From: an uncultured bacterium
GTDB taxonomy: Bacteria > Fidelibacterota > Marinisomatia > Marinisomatales > AB-629-J13
Reading direction: 5' to 3'
Assembly: GCA_964433085.1 (NCBI GenBank)
Contig: CAYSQB010000004.1
Location: 1-51,301, forward strand
DNA length: 51,301 nt
Part shown: piece by piece, positions 10,015 through 18,836 of the stretch
Layout: every line of letters begins with the position of its first letter
Numbering within the stretch: the stretch's first letter is position 1
Notes under the pieces: model-generated
Seen by the model: only the letters and a program-made list of their open reading frames with translations
Told to the model about the DNA's origin: nothing
Database searches by the model: none
Position numbers and translations under genes: made by a program

Positions 10015-10266
10015 TCAGGAAATAACACTGACGGATTTTCTGTTTCGTCCTTTTTTCTCAAATTTTACGACACCTGAAGCAATGGCAAATAGACTGTCAT
10101 CATGTGCCCTTCTGACATTTGCTCCGGGATGAATTTTTGTTCCCCTCTGTTTTAGAATGATTCCGCCGGCATTAATAGATTGTCCATCAGCAACTTTTAC
10201 ACCTAAACGTTTTGCATTGGAATCACGCCCGTTTCTGGAACTTCCTTGTCCTTTTTTATGTGCCAT
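10015..10266 (-). CDS. rpmA: 50S ribosomal protein L27
   Basis: [24 protein letters not shown]... canonical L27 N-terminus. Confidence 0.95.
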   Translation of the reverse strand: MAHKKGQGSSRNGRDSNAKRLGVKVADGQSINAGGIILKQRGTKIHPGANVRRAHDDSLFAIASGVVKFEKKGRNRKSVSVIS

Positions 10267-10685
10267 TATTTTCCCTCATTTGTTTTGGTAGTTGTTATCT
10301 TTTTTGTTGCTTTTTTTGGTGCAGGTTTTGATTTGGCTTCAGATTTTGTACCTGTCTTTTTTGGTGCAGGTTTTTTAGTTGTAATCTTTTCTATTTCCAA
10401 TATTGAGAATCCCTGACGGTGGGTGTTTTTACGCTCGTATCCCTTTCGTCTTTTTTTCTTATAGACTAATATTTTTTTTGTACGTCCGTGTTCTAACACT
10501 TTAGCGGTCACAGATGTATTCTTTACAAATGGATTTCCAAATGTAGTTTTTCCCTTGTCATCCATCGCTAGGACGTTGTCGAATGTCACTTTGGTCCCTG
10601 GTTTGGAATCAAGGGTGGGTGTATTAATTTTGTCTCCTTTTGAGACTTTATATTGTTTTCCTGCTATATTGACTATTGCGTACAT
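10266..10685 (-). CDS. rplU: 50S ribosomal protein L21 with Lys-rich C-terminal extension
   Basis: [14 protein letters not shown]... canonical L21, plus a tail of about 35 aa ([26 protein letters not shown]). Stop shares one nt with the rpmA start (TAATG). Confidence 0.95.
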   Translation of the reverse strand: MYAIVNIAGKQYKVSKGDKINTPTLDSKPGTKVTFDNVLAMDDKGKTTFGNPFVKNTSVTAKVLEHGRTKKILVYKKKRRKGYERKNTHRQGFSILEIEKITTKKPAPKKTGTKSEAKSKPAPKKATKKITTTKTNEGK

Positions 10686-10720
10686 TTTATTTCCTAAAAA
10701 AGCCGAGGAATTTAATAGAG

Positions 10721-12253
10721 TTAACTATCCTTTCCAAGGTCTAGTTCTTTGGTCACATCTACATTTGTTTTGGAATGAACAAAACGGAAATCATCTCTTG
10801 AAACTTCTGAGCTCTCCTCAATTTTCAAATGTGTGAAATGTTTCCACATGAGTCCACGTAATACTGTTTTTTTCTCTTTTAATATATATTCAGAAATTTC
10901 CGGGTGGAGCTGTAGTTTTAACCTCAGATCATTTTTCTTGATTTTATATCTCCGTAACCAGTGATCTATTCTAGTGATTAACGTATCTTTTGAGATAATT
11001 CGTCCTGAACCATAACAAGTTGGACATACATCGCTCATAGAATCTAGAAGGCTTAATCTGATTCTTTGCCGGGTCATTTCAAGTAATCCAAAATCCGAGA
11101 TATGTGAAACTGCAACTTTAGCTCGATCCTTTTTCAATTCCTTCCGCATTTCATAATATATTTTTTTCTTGTTTTCCTCTCTATTCATATCAATGAAATC
11201 AATGACAATTAATCCACTCAGATCTCTCAGCCGTAGTTGACGGGCTATTTCACGACCTGCTTCCAAATTAATTTTTAACGAATTTTCTTCGTGTATTTTT
11301 TTTCCAATAAATCTACCGCTGTTTACATCAACCACAACCATAGCTTCTGTTTTTTCGATAATGATATATGCACCACTTTTCAACCATACCTTTGGTCGCA
11401 TAAGTTTAGCGATTTCATCTTCAATACCCATACTTTCAAAAATAGGTATTTTTAATTTATAACGCTGAACCCGATTCCCCATTTTAGGAGTAACATCCTG
11501 AACATAATTTTGCATTCTGCGATAGATCTTTTTTGAATCAATGATGATTTTGTCTATATCCGTTGTCAATAAATCACGAATTACACTAGATGCCGTTTCC
11601 AAATCTTCAAATACCAGGGACGGAGCTTTTGAACGATTCGATTTTTCTTTTAATGTTTTCCAATTATTAATTAACATATTATAATCATTATGGATAATCT
11701 CATCTGATTTTCCTTCTGCCACCGTCCGTACAATGATTCCACATCCTTTTTCTTTCATCTTTGAACAAAGTTTTTTTAGTCGTCTGCGTTCATATTTATC
11801 CCATATCTTTTTGGATATCCCGACATAATTAACTTCTGGAACCAAAACTAGGAATCGCCCAGGGAGAGAAATTTCTGTTGTCACTCGAGGCCCTTTACTA
11901 GCAAATGGCTCCTTAATGACCTGAATAAGAATTTTCTGACCTGATTTTAATTCTACATTTCGGTGATCATTCATTTTTTTAGAATCAGATTCATCTGATT
12001 CTAAAATAACATCAGGAAGAAAAGAGCTATTTTGAATTTCGGAAAAAGGAAGAAATGCATTGATAGAAAAACCTATATCTACGAATGCTGCCTGCATCCC
12101 AGGTATAACATTTTCTACAATACCTTTATAAATATTGCCCACCATCCGTTGTTGATCGTGTTTTTCAACGTAGACCTCAACAAGGCGATCGTCTTCAAGA
12201 ATGGCAATTCGAGTCTCCCCCATACTTTCATTTATATATATTTCTTTCTTCAT
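10721..12253 (-). CDS. rng: ribonuclease E/G family endoribonuclease (RNase G-sized)
   Basis: S1 domain GNIYKGIVENVIPGMQAAFVDIG, VVVDVNSGRF, and Zn-link CPTCYGSGRI. Start moved to MKKEIYINE (12253), which matches the family N-terminus. Confidence 0.85.
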   Translation of the reverse strand: MKKEIYINESMGETRIAILEDDRLVEVYVEKHDQQRMVGNIYKGIVENVIPGMQAAFVDIGFSINAFLPFSEIQNSSFLPDVILESDESDSKKMNDHRNVELKSGQKILIQVIKEPFASKGPRVTTEISLPGRFLVLVPEVNYVGISKKIWDKYERRRLKKLCSKMKEKGCGIIVRTVAEGKSDEIIHNDYNMLINNWKTLKEKSNRSKAPSLVFEDLETASSVIRDLLTTDIDKIIIDSKKIYRRMQNYVQDVTPKMGNRVQRYKLKIPIFESMGIEDEIAKLMRPKVWLKSGAYIIIEKTEAMVVVDVNSGRFIGKKIHEENSLKINLEAGREIARQLRLRDLSGLIVIDFIDMNREENKKKIYYEMRKELKKDRAKVAVSHISDFGLLEMTRQRIRLSLLDSMSDVCPTCYGSGRIISKDTLITRIDHWLRRYKIKKNDLRLKLQLHPEISEYILKEKKTVLRGLMWKHFTHLKIEESSEVSRDDFRFVHSKTNVDVTKELDLGKDS

Positions 12254-12533
12254 AGCATTAACCTGATTGCTTATAAACAGATAAATAGCAAATCCTATGG
12301 ATAACGGGTTTACCGCCTCCACTCAGGAGCAATAATGATTATACCAACTTATTTTTGGGGAAGCTAAATTAAGAGGAAAGAAAAAATCTTAATGTGAATT
12401 TAATTTGAATAAATCTTTATGTAAAAAACTGTTGATGTTCCTTTTAATTCACCTTCCCACACCAAGCGAAAAGTTAATTCACTTAAAGTCCCTCATCAAA
12501 GAAATTTGTTAAATTTCATCATTCCATGAGGCT

Positions 12534-13142
12534 TTGGTGAAACAATATAAAGAAAACCATTCCCAATTCTGGGAGAATATATATTTAGGGGATGACGCAG
12601 GTTGGGATTTAGGCGAATCTACACCGGTTTTTGATAAGATTAGTGATGCTTTACCACTTGGGAAAGTATGTATAATTGGCTGTGGACGAGGATATGATGC
12701 CGTTATGTTTGCTCAAAAAGGGTTTGAGGTAACAGCAATAGATTTTGCTCCTTCAGCCATTAGTACACTGCAATCATTGGCTAGTGATGCAGGTGTAATG
12801 ATCAATATAGTGGAGACTGACATTTTTTTATTAACCTCTCAATTCAATTGTGAATTTGATTATGTCATTGAACAGACTTGCTTTTGTGCGATCAACCCAA
12901 GTCGGAGAGAAGAATATGAACAGATGGTTAAAACCATTATCAAACCTAATGGTAAACTCATCGGTCTTTGGTTTCCGTTAGATAAACCAATGATTGATAG
13001 TGGACCTCCATGGGGAACAACAATATTGGAAGTAAAATCTATTTTTAATGATGGATGGAAAATTGAAAAGGAGGAATTTCCAGAATTATCAATTACTCCT
13101 CGTAAAAACAGAGAAAAGTTGATAATATTTAGTAGATGTTAG
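12534..13142 (+). CDS. TPMT-family SAM-dependent methyltransferase (thiopurine/halide methyltransferase-like)
   Basis: FWENIYLGDDAGWDLGESTP followed by the SAM motif I VCIIGCGRGYDAVMFA. TTG/GTG start is uncertain. Confidence 0.7.
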   Translation: MVKQYKENHSQFWENIYLGDDAGWDLGESTPVFDKISDALPLGKVCIIGCGRGYDAVMFAQKGFEVTAIDFAPSAISTLQSLASDAGVMINIVETDIFLLTSQFNCEFDYVIEQTCFCAINPSRREEYEQMVKTIIKPNGKLIGLWFPLDKPMIDSGPPWGTTILEVKSIFNDGWKIEKEEFPELSITPRKNREKLIIFSRC

Positions 13143-13191
13143 TCTTATAACACATTTTTCCACAATATTTTTTTAAGCTAACTTCGGTGCT

Positions 13192-13974
13192 ATGATTCCT
13201 GAATTAAAAATAGCAAAAGAAGCTGCCATTGAAGCAGGTGGGTTGATCCTAAATTATTATAAAGCTGATTATGAGATCAAAAATAAAGGATATCATAATC
13301 CGGTCACCACTGCTGACCATGCTGCAGATACACGATTAAAAGAAATACTAATTGAAGCTCGGCCTGATTATGGATGGCTATCAGAAGAGACCATTGATTC
13401 TCTAGATCGATTAGATAAAGAGCGAATATGGGTTGTTGATCCATTGGATGGAACAAAAGAATTCATAGAGGGCATACCTCATTTTGTGGTGAGTGTTGCA
13501 TTGGTAGAAAATGGAGATCCTGTCGTTGGCGTTTTATTTAACCCTGTGACGGAAGAATTATTCACGGCTTCCAATGGTGGGGGTGCTTTTCTTGATGACA
13601 AGCCTATACATTGTTTAACCAAAGATGAAGTGAGAGCCATGGTGATATTAAACAGCCGATCTGAAACACGAAGGGGATTGTGGGCACCTTTTGATGGTGT
13701 TTTTGGTGAGCTCCGTGCTATTGGATCAGTTGCATATAAACTTGGACTCACTGCCGCCGGAAAAGCAGATATATTTGCATCACTACGCCCAAAAAATGAA
13801 TGGGACATTTGTGCAGGAAATTGTATAATTAATGAATCTGGAGGGAAATTAATTTCCTTAAATGGCGTTCAAAGGAAATACAATCAAGAAAATACTCTAA
13901 TTACTCCTGGCCTGATTGCTGGAGATATAAAAGCGGTCGACAAAACATTTAATATATTAACAGAGAAAAATTGA
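13192..13974 (+). CDS. cysQ: inositol monophosphatase family, CysQ-like 3'(2'),5'-bisphosphate nucleotidase
   Basis: WLSEE, WVVDPLDGTKEF (the DGTKEF variant is typical of CysQ) and WDICAG motifs. Confidence 0.7.
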   Translation: MIPELKIAKEAAIEAGGLILNYYKADYEIKNKGYHNPVTTADHAADTRLKEILIEARPDYGWLSEETIDSLDRLDKERIWVVDPLDGTKEFIEGIPHFVVSVALVENGDPVVGVLFNPVTEELFTASNGGGAFLDDKPIHCLTKDEVRAMVILNSRSETRRGLWAPFDGVFGELRAIGSVAYKLGLTAAGKADIFASLRPKNEWDICAGNCIINESGGKLISLNGVQRKYNQENTLITPGLIAGDIKAVDKTFNILTEKN

Positions 13975-13975
13975 T

Positions 13976-14938
13976 ATGTCACAAATACCAGAAGATGCAA
14001 TCAAATGTTTAGATAAAGGATTTGTCCGACTCGTGGATTCCATGGGTGGAGATAATGCTATCGTACAAGCTGCCAGAGTCAGTTATGGAAAGGGAACCAG
14101 CAAAGTTTCTCAAGACCGTGGCCTGATTCGTTATCTTATGCGTCACCGCCACACGACGCCTTTTGAAATGGTGGAATTTAAATTCCATTGCAAGATGCCT
14201 ATTTTTGTAGCGCGCCAGTGGGTTCGCCATCGCACAGCAAATATTAACGAATATTCACTTCGTTATTCTGAAGCTAGAGATGAGTTTTATTATCCCGATC
14301 CAAAGCACATCCAATTTCAATCTGTGCTTAATAAACAGGGTAGAAGAGGGGAAGTCCCAGATAAATTGAAACAAAAAGTACAGGATTATTTCAAAGAAAT
14401 ATCCGCAAAAGGTTTTGCAATGTATACAGAGCTCAATGAAGCTGGTGTAGCTAGAGAATTAGCTCGAGCTGTTCTTCCGGTAAACCTATACACAGAATGG
14501 TATTGGAAAAATGATCTCCATAATTTGCTTCACTTTATCGGACTCCGTTCAGACAACCATGCTCAATATGAGATTCGAGTATTTTCAGATGCTATGGCAG
14601 AATCTGTGAAAGCAGTAGCGCCCTTCGCCTGGGAAGCTTATCAAGATTATGTGGTGAAAGGAATGCGTTTCTCTAGAATCGAACAAAGTTTGTTAGAAAA
14701 GCAACTCCCCTCCAGAGTAATTGATGACATCCTAGAAGACATTGCTTATAAGATCACTGCTACACTACATTATAATAAACTGAGGGAAGATGCAGATATC
14801 TATCCTCTTTACCAAAAACAGGGTGGAACTGATTCAGAAACGGATTTTAGACTAAAGTGGGACTCCGGTGAAATTGAGATTGGTAATGTACGAGAACTTC
14901 GTGAATTCAAGTCAAAATTAGAGAGCATAAAAAACTAA
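13976..14938 (+). CDS. thyX: FAD-dependent thymidylate synthase ThyX with C-terminal extension
   Basis: RHRHTTPFEMVEFKFHCKMPIFVARQWVRHRTANINEYSLRYS contains the ThyX RHRxxS-type signature. 320 aa, versus about 220-250 for typical ThyX. Confidence 0.9.
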   Translation: MSQIPEDAIKCLDKGFVRLVDSMGGDNAIVQAARVSYGKGTSKVSQDRGLIRYLMRHRHTTPFEMVEFKFHCKMPIFVARQWVRHRTANINEYSLRYSEARDEFYYPDPKHIQFQSVLNKQGRRGEVPDKLKQKVQDYFKEISAKGFAMYTELNEAGVARELARAVLPVNLYTEWYWKNDLHNLLHFIGLRSDNHAQYEIRVFSDAMAESVKAVAPFAWEAYQDYVVKGMRFSRIEQSLLEKQLPSRVIDDILEDIAYKITATLHYNKLREDADIYPLYQKQGGTDSETDFRLKWDSGEIEIGNVRELREFKSKLESIKN

Positions 14939-15006
14939 CATCATAGGATTGATATTCCTGTCCAGGACCATCTGATTATCGCCAGAGGTGAGTGCTCTTC
15001 CTATGC

Positions 15007-15029
15007 CGACCCGGGGTCGATTTAATTTT
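15007..15029 (+). terminator. weak GC hairpin plus T-rich tail between convergent thyX and the OFOR beta gene
   Basis: CGACCC-g-GGGTCG followed by ATTTAATTTT. The loop is too small as drawn, so the effective stem is about 5 bp. Confidence 0.3.
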
Positions 15030-16344
15030 CCAATTTAGCAAGGACACCCAGATTGATTTCAGCGATCTTTGGTTTTTGGATCTGCCGTACAGCTTCCTTT
15101 AGGGCTTCAAAAGGAAATAAATTTAATTGTTTCACAAGATACCCCGCCGTTAATGCGGAAATATTTTTTCGAATATCTTTTTGTGCACCATCGGGAAACT
15201 CGAGTGGGTATTGTTTTGCTGAAGAGTCTACATCACCTAACCCTTCAGCAAAATAAATTGTATCTGACTTTTCCATAGTTTTGGTAAGCCGAGTAATCTT
15301 AGCTTTTCCCTCGGGTGCGATCAAGGCTGCCACATCTGGTTTAACAATTCCAGAGTAAAGAACCGGCTCGGGACTAATCACCACTTCGGCCACTGAAAAT
15401 CCTGTTTGAATTGTAATTGGAAAATCAGCTCTACGGCTTGTCCATAATCCAGAAAGAGTTGCAGCTGACGCAAGTAAATTCCCCGCGGAAACGACTTTTT
15501 GTCCCGCAGCTCCAGCTAACACAATTCGTATTGGCTTATCTAAATCTGATGAGAATTTTGTTTCCAATACCAAACCGCTCATGGGTTTCTGTTTACTGGC
15601 TTGATCTTGGATGCCTTTATAACTGGTCTGAAAACTTGGTCTATCAGTTTTTTGTAAAATCCCAGATTCCATTTCCATTCCATTCATATAGCTTAACATT
15701 TCTTTTCGGCCAAAGTCATTACGAACGACATAGTATGCTGTGCAAAGTTCCCATATGTCAATGAGAGAAAATCCACCATGTGTCATTGCTTTTTCAATCA
15801 AATCCGGTAGATCCTTATCAAATGCTGTTGCCCGAGCGACAAACCCTCCTCCATTCACTTTTGCTGTTCCGGCGATATCCATAGGAGCATCAGTGCTTCC
15901 GAGTGAGGTAGTAGGGGTAATACTGTCCAAAGGTGTTGTAACAGAATGTTGGCCACCTGTCATGCCGAAATTAAAGTTATTAAATACTAGAACTGAGATA
16001 TCAGTATTGAGCCTAGCTGCATTTAATAAATGATGACCTCCGATACCACAACCACCATCCCCAATGAGTACAATCACATTTAGATCCGGATTTTGCATTT
16101 TGATACCAGATGCATACGTAATTGCTCTGCCATGAAGGCCATGAAAAGCATGAGTAACAAAATATTTATCGGATAAGCCCACACAACCGATGTCAGTTAC
16201 AATGACTACTTCTGCTGGAAGGAGCCCTTGCTGTTTCAGACTGTTGCTTATAGAGCCAAGAACTTTACCATGGCTACACCCCGGACAAAATTCATACGGA
16301 AGATTTTCTTCAGCTATATAAGTATCTAAAATTGGTTTAGCCAT
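15022..16344 (-). CDS. 2-oxoacid:ferredoxin oxidoreductase beta (TPP) subunit fused to a gamma-type domain
   Basis: N-terminal FCPGCSHG, TDIGCVG and GDGGCGIGGHH (TPP/Fe-S beta subunit). The C-terminal ~180 aa, IRIVLAGAAGQKVVSAGNLLASAA...AEVVISPEPV..., resembles the gamma (POR) domain. Confidence 0.85.
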   Translation of the reverse strand: MAKPILDTYIAEENLPYEFCPGCSHGKVLGSISNSLKQQGLLPAEVVIVTDIGCVGLSDKYFVTHAFHGLHGRAITYASGIKMQNPDLNVIVLIGDGGCGIGGHHLLNAARLNTDISVLVFNNFNFGMTGGQHSVTTPLDSITPTTSLGSTDAPMDIAGTAKVNGGGFVARATAFDKDLPDLIEKAMTHGGFSLIDIWELCTAYYVVRNDFGRKEMLSYMNGMEMESGILQKTDRPSFQTSYKGIQDQASKQKPMSGLVLETKFSSDLDKPIRIVLAGAAGQKVVSAGNLLASAATLSGLWTSRRADFPITIQTGFSVAEVVISPEPVLYSGIVKPDVAALIAPEGKAKITRLTKTMEKSDTIYFAEGLGDVDSSAKQYPLEFPDGAQKDIRKNISALTAGYLVKQLNLFPFEALKEAVRQIQKPKIAEINLGVLAKLEN

Positions 16345-17431
16345 GATATGCCGTAATGATCTCTCCAGGAGTAATTAAGAATGTATCCACACGATTCACG
16401 CCCACCAGTTCAACATCGCTGTTGACCAACCGTTGAATTTCATGGCGGTATTGGCCATGATTCATTTCTGGGATGATGATTCGTTTAACTCCGTTTAAAC
16501 AATTTTGAATTTTCTTTTCTGGTATTGGCCATAAAGAATAAATAGTTAGCGTAGAAACTTTATGCCCAACTGATCGTAATTCTTTGACCGCTGCTTCCAT
16601 TGAACGAGCTGATATGCCATAGCTAATGATCAATGTCTCGGACCCATTTTCCATATCTTCTTTTACTAAAGATATTTCATCTACATAATTACCAATCTTA
16701 TTTTTTAATCTCTGATTGAAATCAGCAATAATCTCTGGATCTTTAGTGATATGTCCCTCCTCAGTGTGACTAGATCCGGTATAGTGATAAATGGGACCAT
16801 TGATTTCAAAAGGATCCAATGGTTTTCCTACAGCCTCATCTGAAATATCAGGCCAGTCCGGTGGGTTGAGGATTTCTGATTCTGCTATTGATTCGGTGGT
16901 CATTACTGTTTCTTTATCTGTAGCAATAAATACAGGGCTTCGGAATCGTTTCGCAAGTTTAAATGCTCGTTTAGTTATATGATAGCTTTCTTGAATGTTT
17001 GTTGGTGAAAGTACAATGACCGGATAGCCTCCTGATGTACACCACCGCATAAATTGGATATCACCTTGAGCTGTAGCTGTAGCTGCTCCAGTGGAAGGGC
17101 CTAGTCTTTGGGAGATGGCAATAACCAAAGGAATTTCCATCATGATACTTAAGCCTAGGTTCTCTGAATAAAGTGAAAGTCCAGGGCCGCTTGTGGCGGA
17201 AAAAACTGTAGCACCAGCAGTCGCAGCACCGATACAATGGCCAAGAGATGATATTTCATCTTCTCCCTGAAGTCCGATTCCACCAACTTTCGGAAGCTCA
17301 CGGAGCATGTGAGTTAGGATTCCAGAAGCAGGAGTAATTGGATATCCAGCAAAAAAATTACACCCAGCATCCAAAGCTCCTCGGGCAATAGCTGCAGCTC
17401 CATCCACCATTTCTCTTCGTTGATTATTCAT
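16337..17431 (-). CDS. 2-oxoacid:ferredoxin oxidoreductase alpha subunit
   Basis: GAAAIARGALDAGCNFFAGYPITPASGI, the N-terminal signature of OFOR alpha subunits. 8-nt overlap with the beta gene. Confidence 0.85.
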   Translation of the reverse strand: MNNQRREMVDGAAAIARGALDAGCNFFAGYPITPASGILTHMLRELPKVGGIGLQGEDEISSLGHCIGAATAGATVFSATSGPGLSLYSENLGLSIMMEIPLVIAISQRLGPSTGAATATAQGDIQFMRWCTSGGYPVIVLSPTNIQESYHITKRAFKLAKRFRSPVFIATDKETVMTTESIAESEILNPPDWPDISDEAVGKPLDPFEINGPIYHYTGSSHTEEGHITKDPEIIADFNQRLKNKIGNYVDEISLVKEDMENGSETLIISYGISARSMEAAVKELRSVGHKVSTLTIYSLWPIPEKKIQNCLNGVKRIIIPEMNHGQYRHEIQRLVNSDVELVGVNRVDTFLITPGEIITAYHG

Positions 17432-17583
17432 GTGTATGTTGAAACGATTAGTGATAAAATTACATTATTAGTTTAATTGAATAAACTTAATTTGTTAATA
17501 TTATTTCTACTATTTTCAATGTAAAATAATGATATATTAGATAAGTGATGTAATTTTATCCCATCCACCATTAAGGAATTTTA

Positions 17584-18753
17584 ATGAAAGAATTAGGACC
17601 TGATTTTTTTAATATTACCGATTCGCTAACCGAAGAAGAAATACTGATTCAAAAGACGGCTTACGATTTTGTCCAGACGGAATTTATGCCCGTTATCAAT
17701 AAACATTATGAGAATTCAACCTTTCCCATGGAGCTGGTATCCAAACTGGGGGACCTGGGATTCATGGGTTCATCCCTCCCGGAAGAATCTGGCGGTGCTG
17801 GTGTGAGCAATGTGGCGTATGGGCTCATCCTTCATGAATTAGAGAGAGGAGATTCAGGTCTTCGTTCTTTTGCAAGTGTACAGGGGGCATTGGTTATGTA
17901 TCCAATTCACGCATATGGCTCTAATGAGCAAAAAGCTAAATGGCTTCCCGGATTGGGTGCTGGGGAAAAGATAGGCTGCTTTGGCCTAACAGAACCAAAT
18001 TTTGGATCCAATCCCGGTGGAATGGCAACCTCTTGCAAAAAAGATGGAGATGATTGGATAATTAACGGGAACAAAATGTGGATCACTAACGGATCAGTTT
18101 CTGATGTTGCAGTAGTTTGGGCTCGGGATGAAGAGGGAATTGTACGTGGATTCCTATTAGAAAAGGGAATGGAAGGATTTACATCTAGTGATATCCACGG
18201 GAAATTAAGCTTACGGGCATCAGTGACTTCAGAACTGTCCATGGTAAATGTTCGGGTCTCAGATTCTTCACGCTTACCAAATATTGAGGGATTAAAAGGA
18301 CCACTGAGCTGTCTTACACAGGCAAGATATGGTATTGCCTGGGGAATGATTGGGGCAGCTGTGGACTGTTATAATGCCGCTCTTGTTTACTCAAAAGAAC
18401 GGAAGCAGTTCTCTAAACCCATTGGTGGCTACCAGTTAACTCAAGCTAAATTAGCTGAAATGGTAACACGAATTACTGAAGCGCAGTTACTGGTATACCA
18501 TTTGGGTAGGCTCAAGGATGATAGAAAGATGACTTTCCAGCAGGTGTCTATGGCTAAACGAAACAATTGTACTGTGGCACGGGATGTAGCTAGAATGGCT
18601 CGAGAAATATTAGGTGCTAATGGTATTACAGAAGATTATTCTCCTATGCGACACATGGCGAACATTGAGTCTGTTTATACCTATGAGGGAACCCACGAAA
18701 TGCATACTTTGATTCTCGGTCAAGAGGTAACCGGGATAGCGGCATATGATTGA
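17584..18753 (+). CDS. gcdH: acyl-CoA dehydrogenase, glutaryl-CoA dehydrogenase-like
   Basis: FGLTEPNFGSNPGGM, KMWITNG and YTYEGTHEMHTLILGQEVTGI, the last closely matching the GCDH C-terminal signature. Confidence 0.8.
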   Translation: MKELGPDFFNITDSLTEEEILIQKTAYDFVQTEFMPVINKHYENSTFPMELVSKLGDLGFMGSSLPEESGGAGVSNVAYGLILHELERGDSGLRSFASVQGALVMYPIHAYGSNEQKAKWLPGLGAGEKIGCFGLTEPNFGSNPGGMATSCKKDGDDWIINGNKMWITNGSVSDVAVVWARDEEGIVRGFLLEKGMEGFTSSDIHGKLSLRASVTSELSMVNVRVSDSSRLPNIEGLKGPLSCLTQARYGIAWGMIGAAVDCYNAALVYSKERKQFSKPIGGYQLTQAKLAEMVTRITEAQLLVYHLGRLKDDRKMTFQQVSMAKRNNCTVARDVARMAREILGANGITEDYSPMRHMANIESVYTYEGTHEMHTLILGQEVTGIAAYD

Positions 18754-18836
18754 CAAGAGCGACTAAAATATTCTCCTTTCAAGGGAGGGATAAATTGTTT
18801 GACCAGATTAATGTTAATTGAAGGAAAACTTGCAGT

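Noticed and set aside
14939-15021. Possible small RNA or tRNA-like element between thyX and the OFOR genes, based on long-range CATAGGA/TCCTATG pairing plus small hairpins
   Set aside because: There is no cloverleaf, no T-loop (GTTCRA) and no anticodon arm, and I recognise no known riboswitch or sRNA motif. It is most simply a 3' UTR or weak terminator, and 7-bp pairings are expected by chance.
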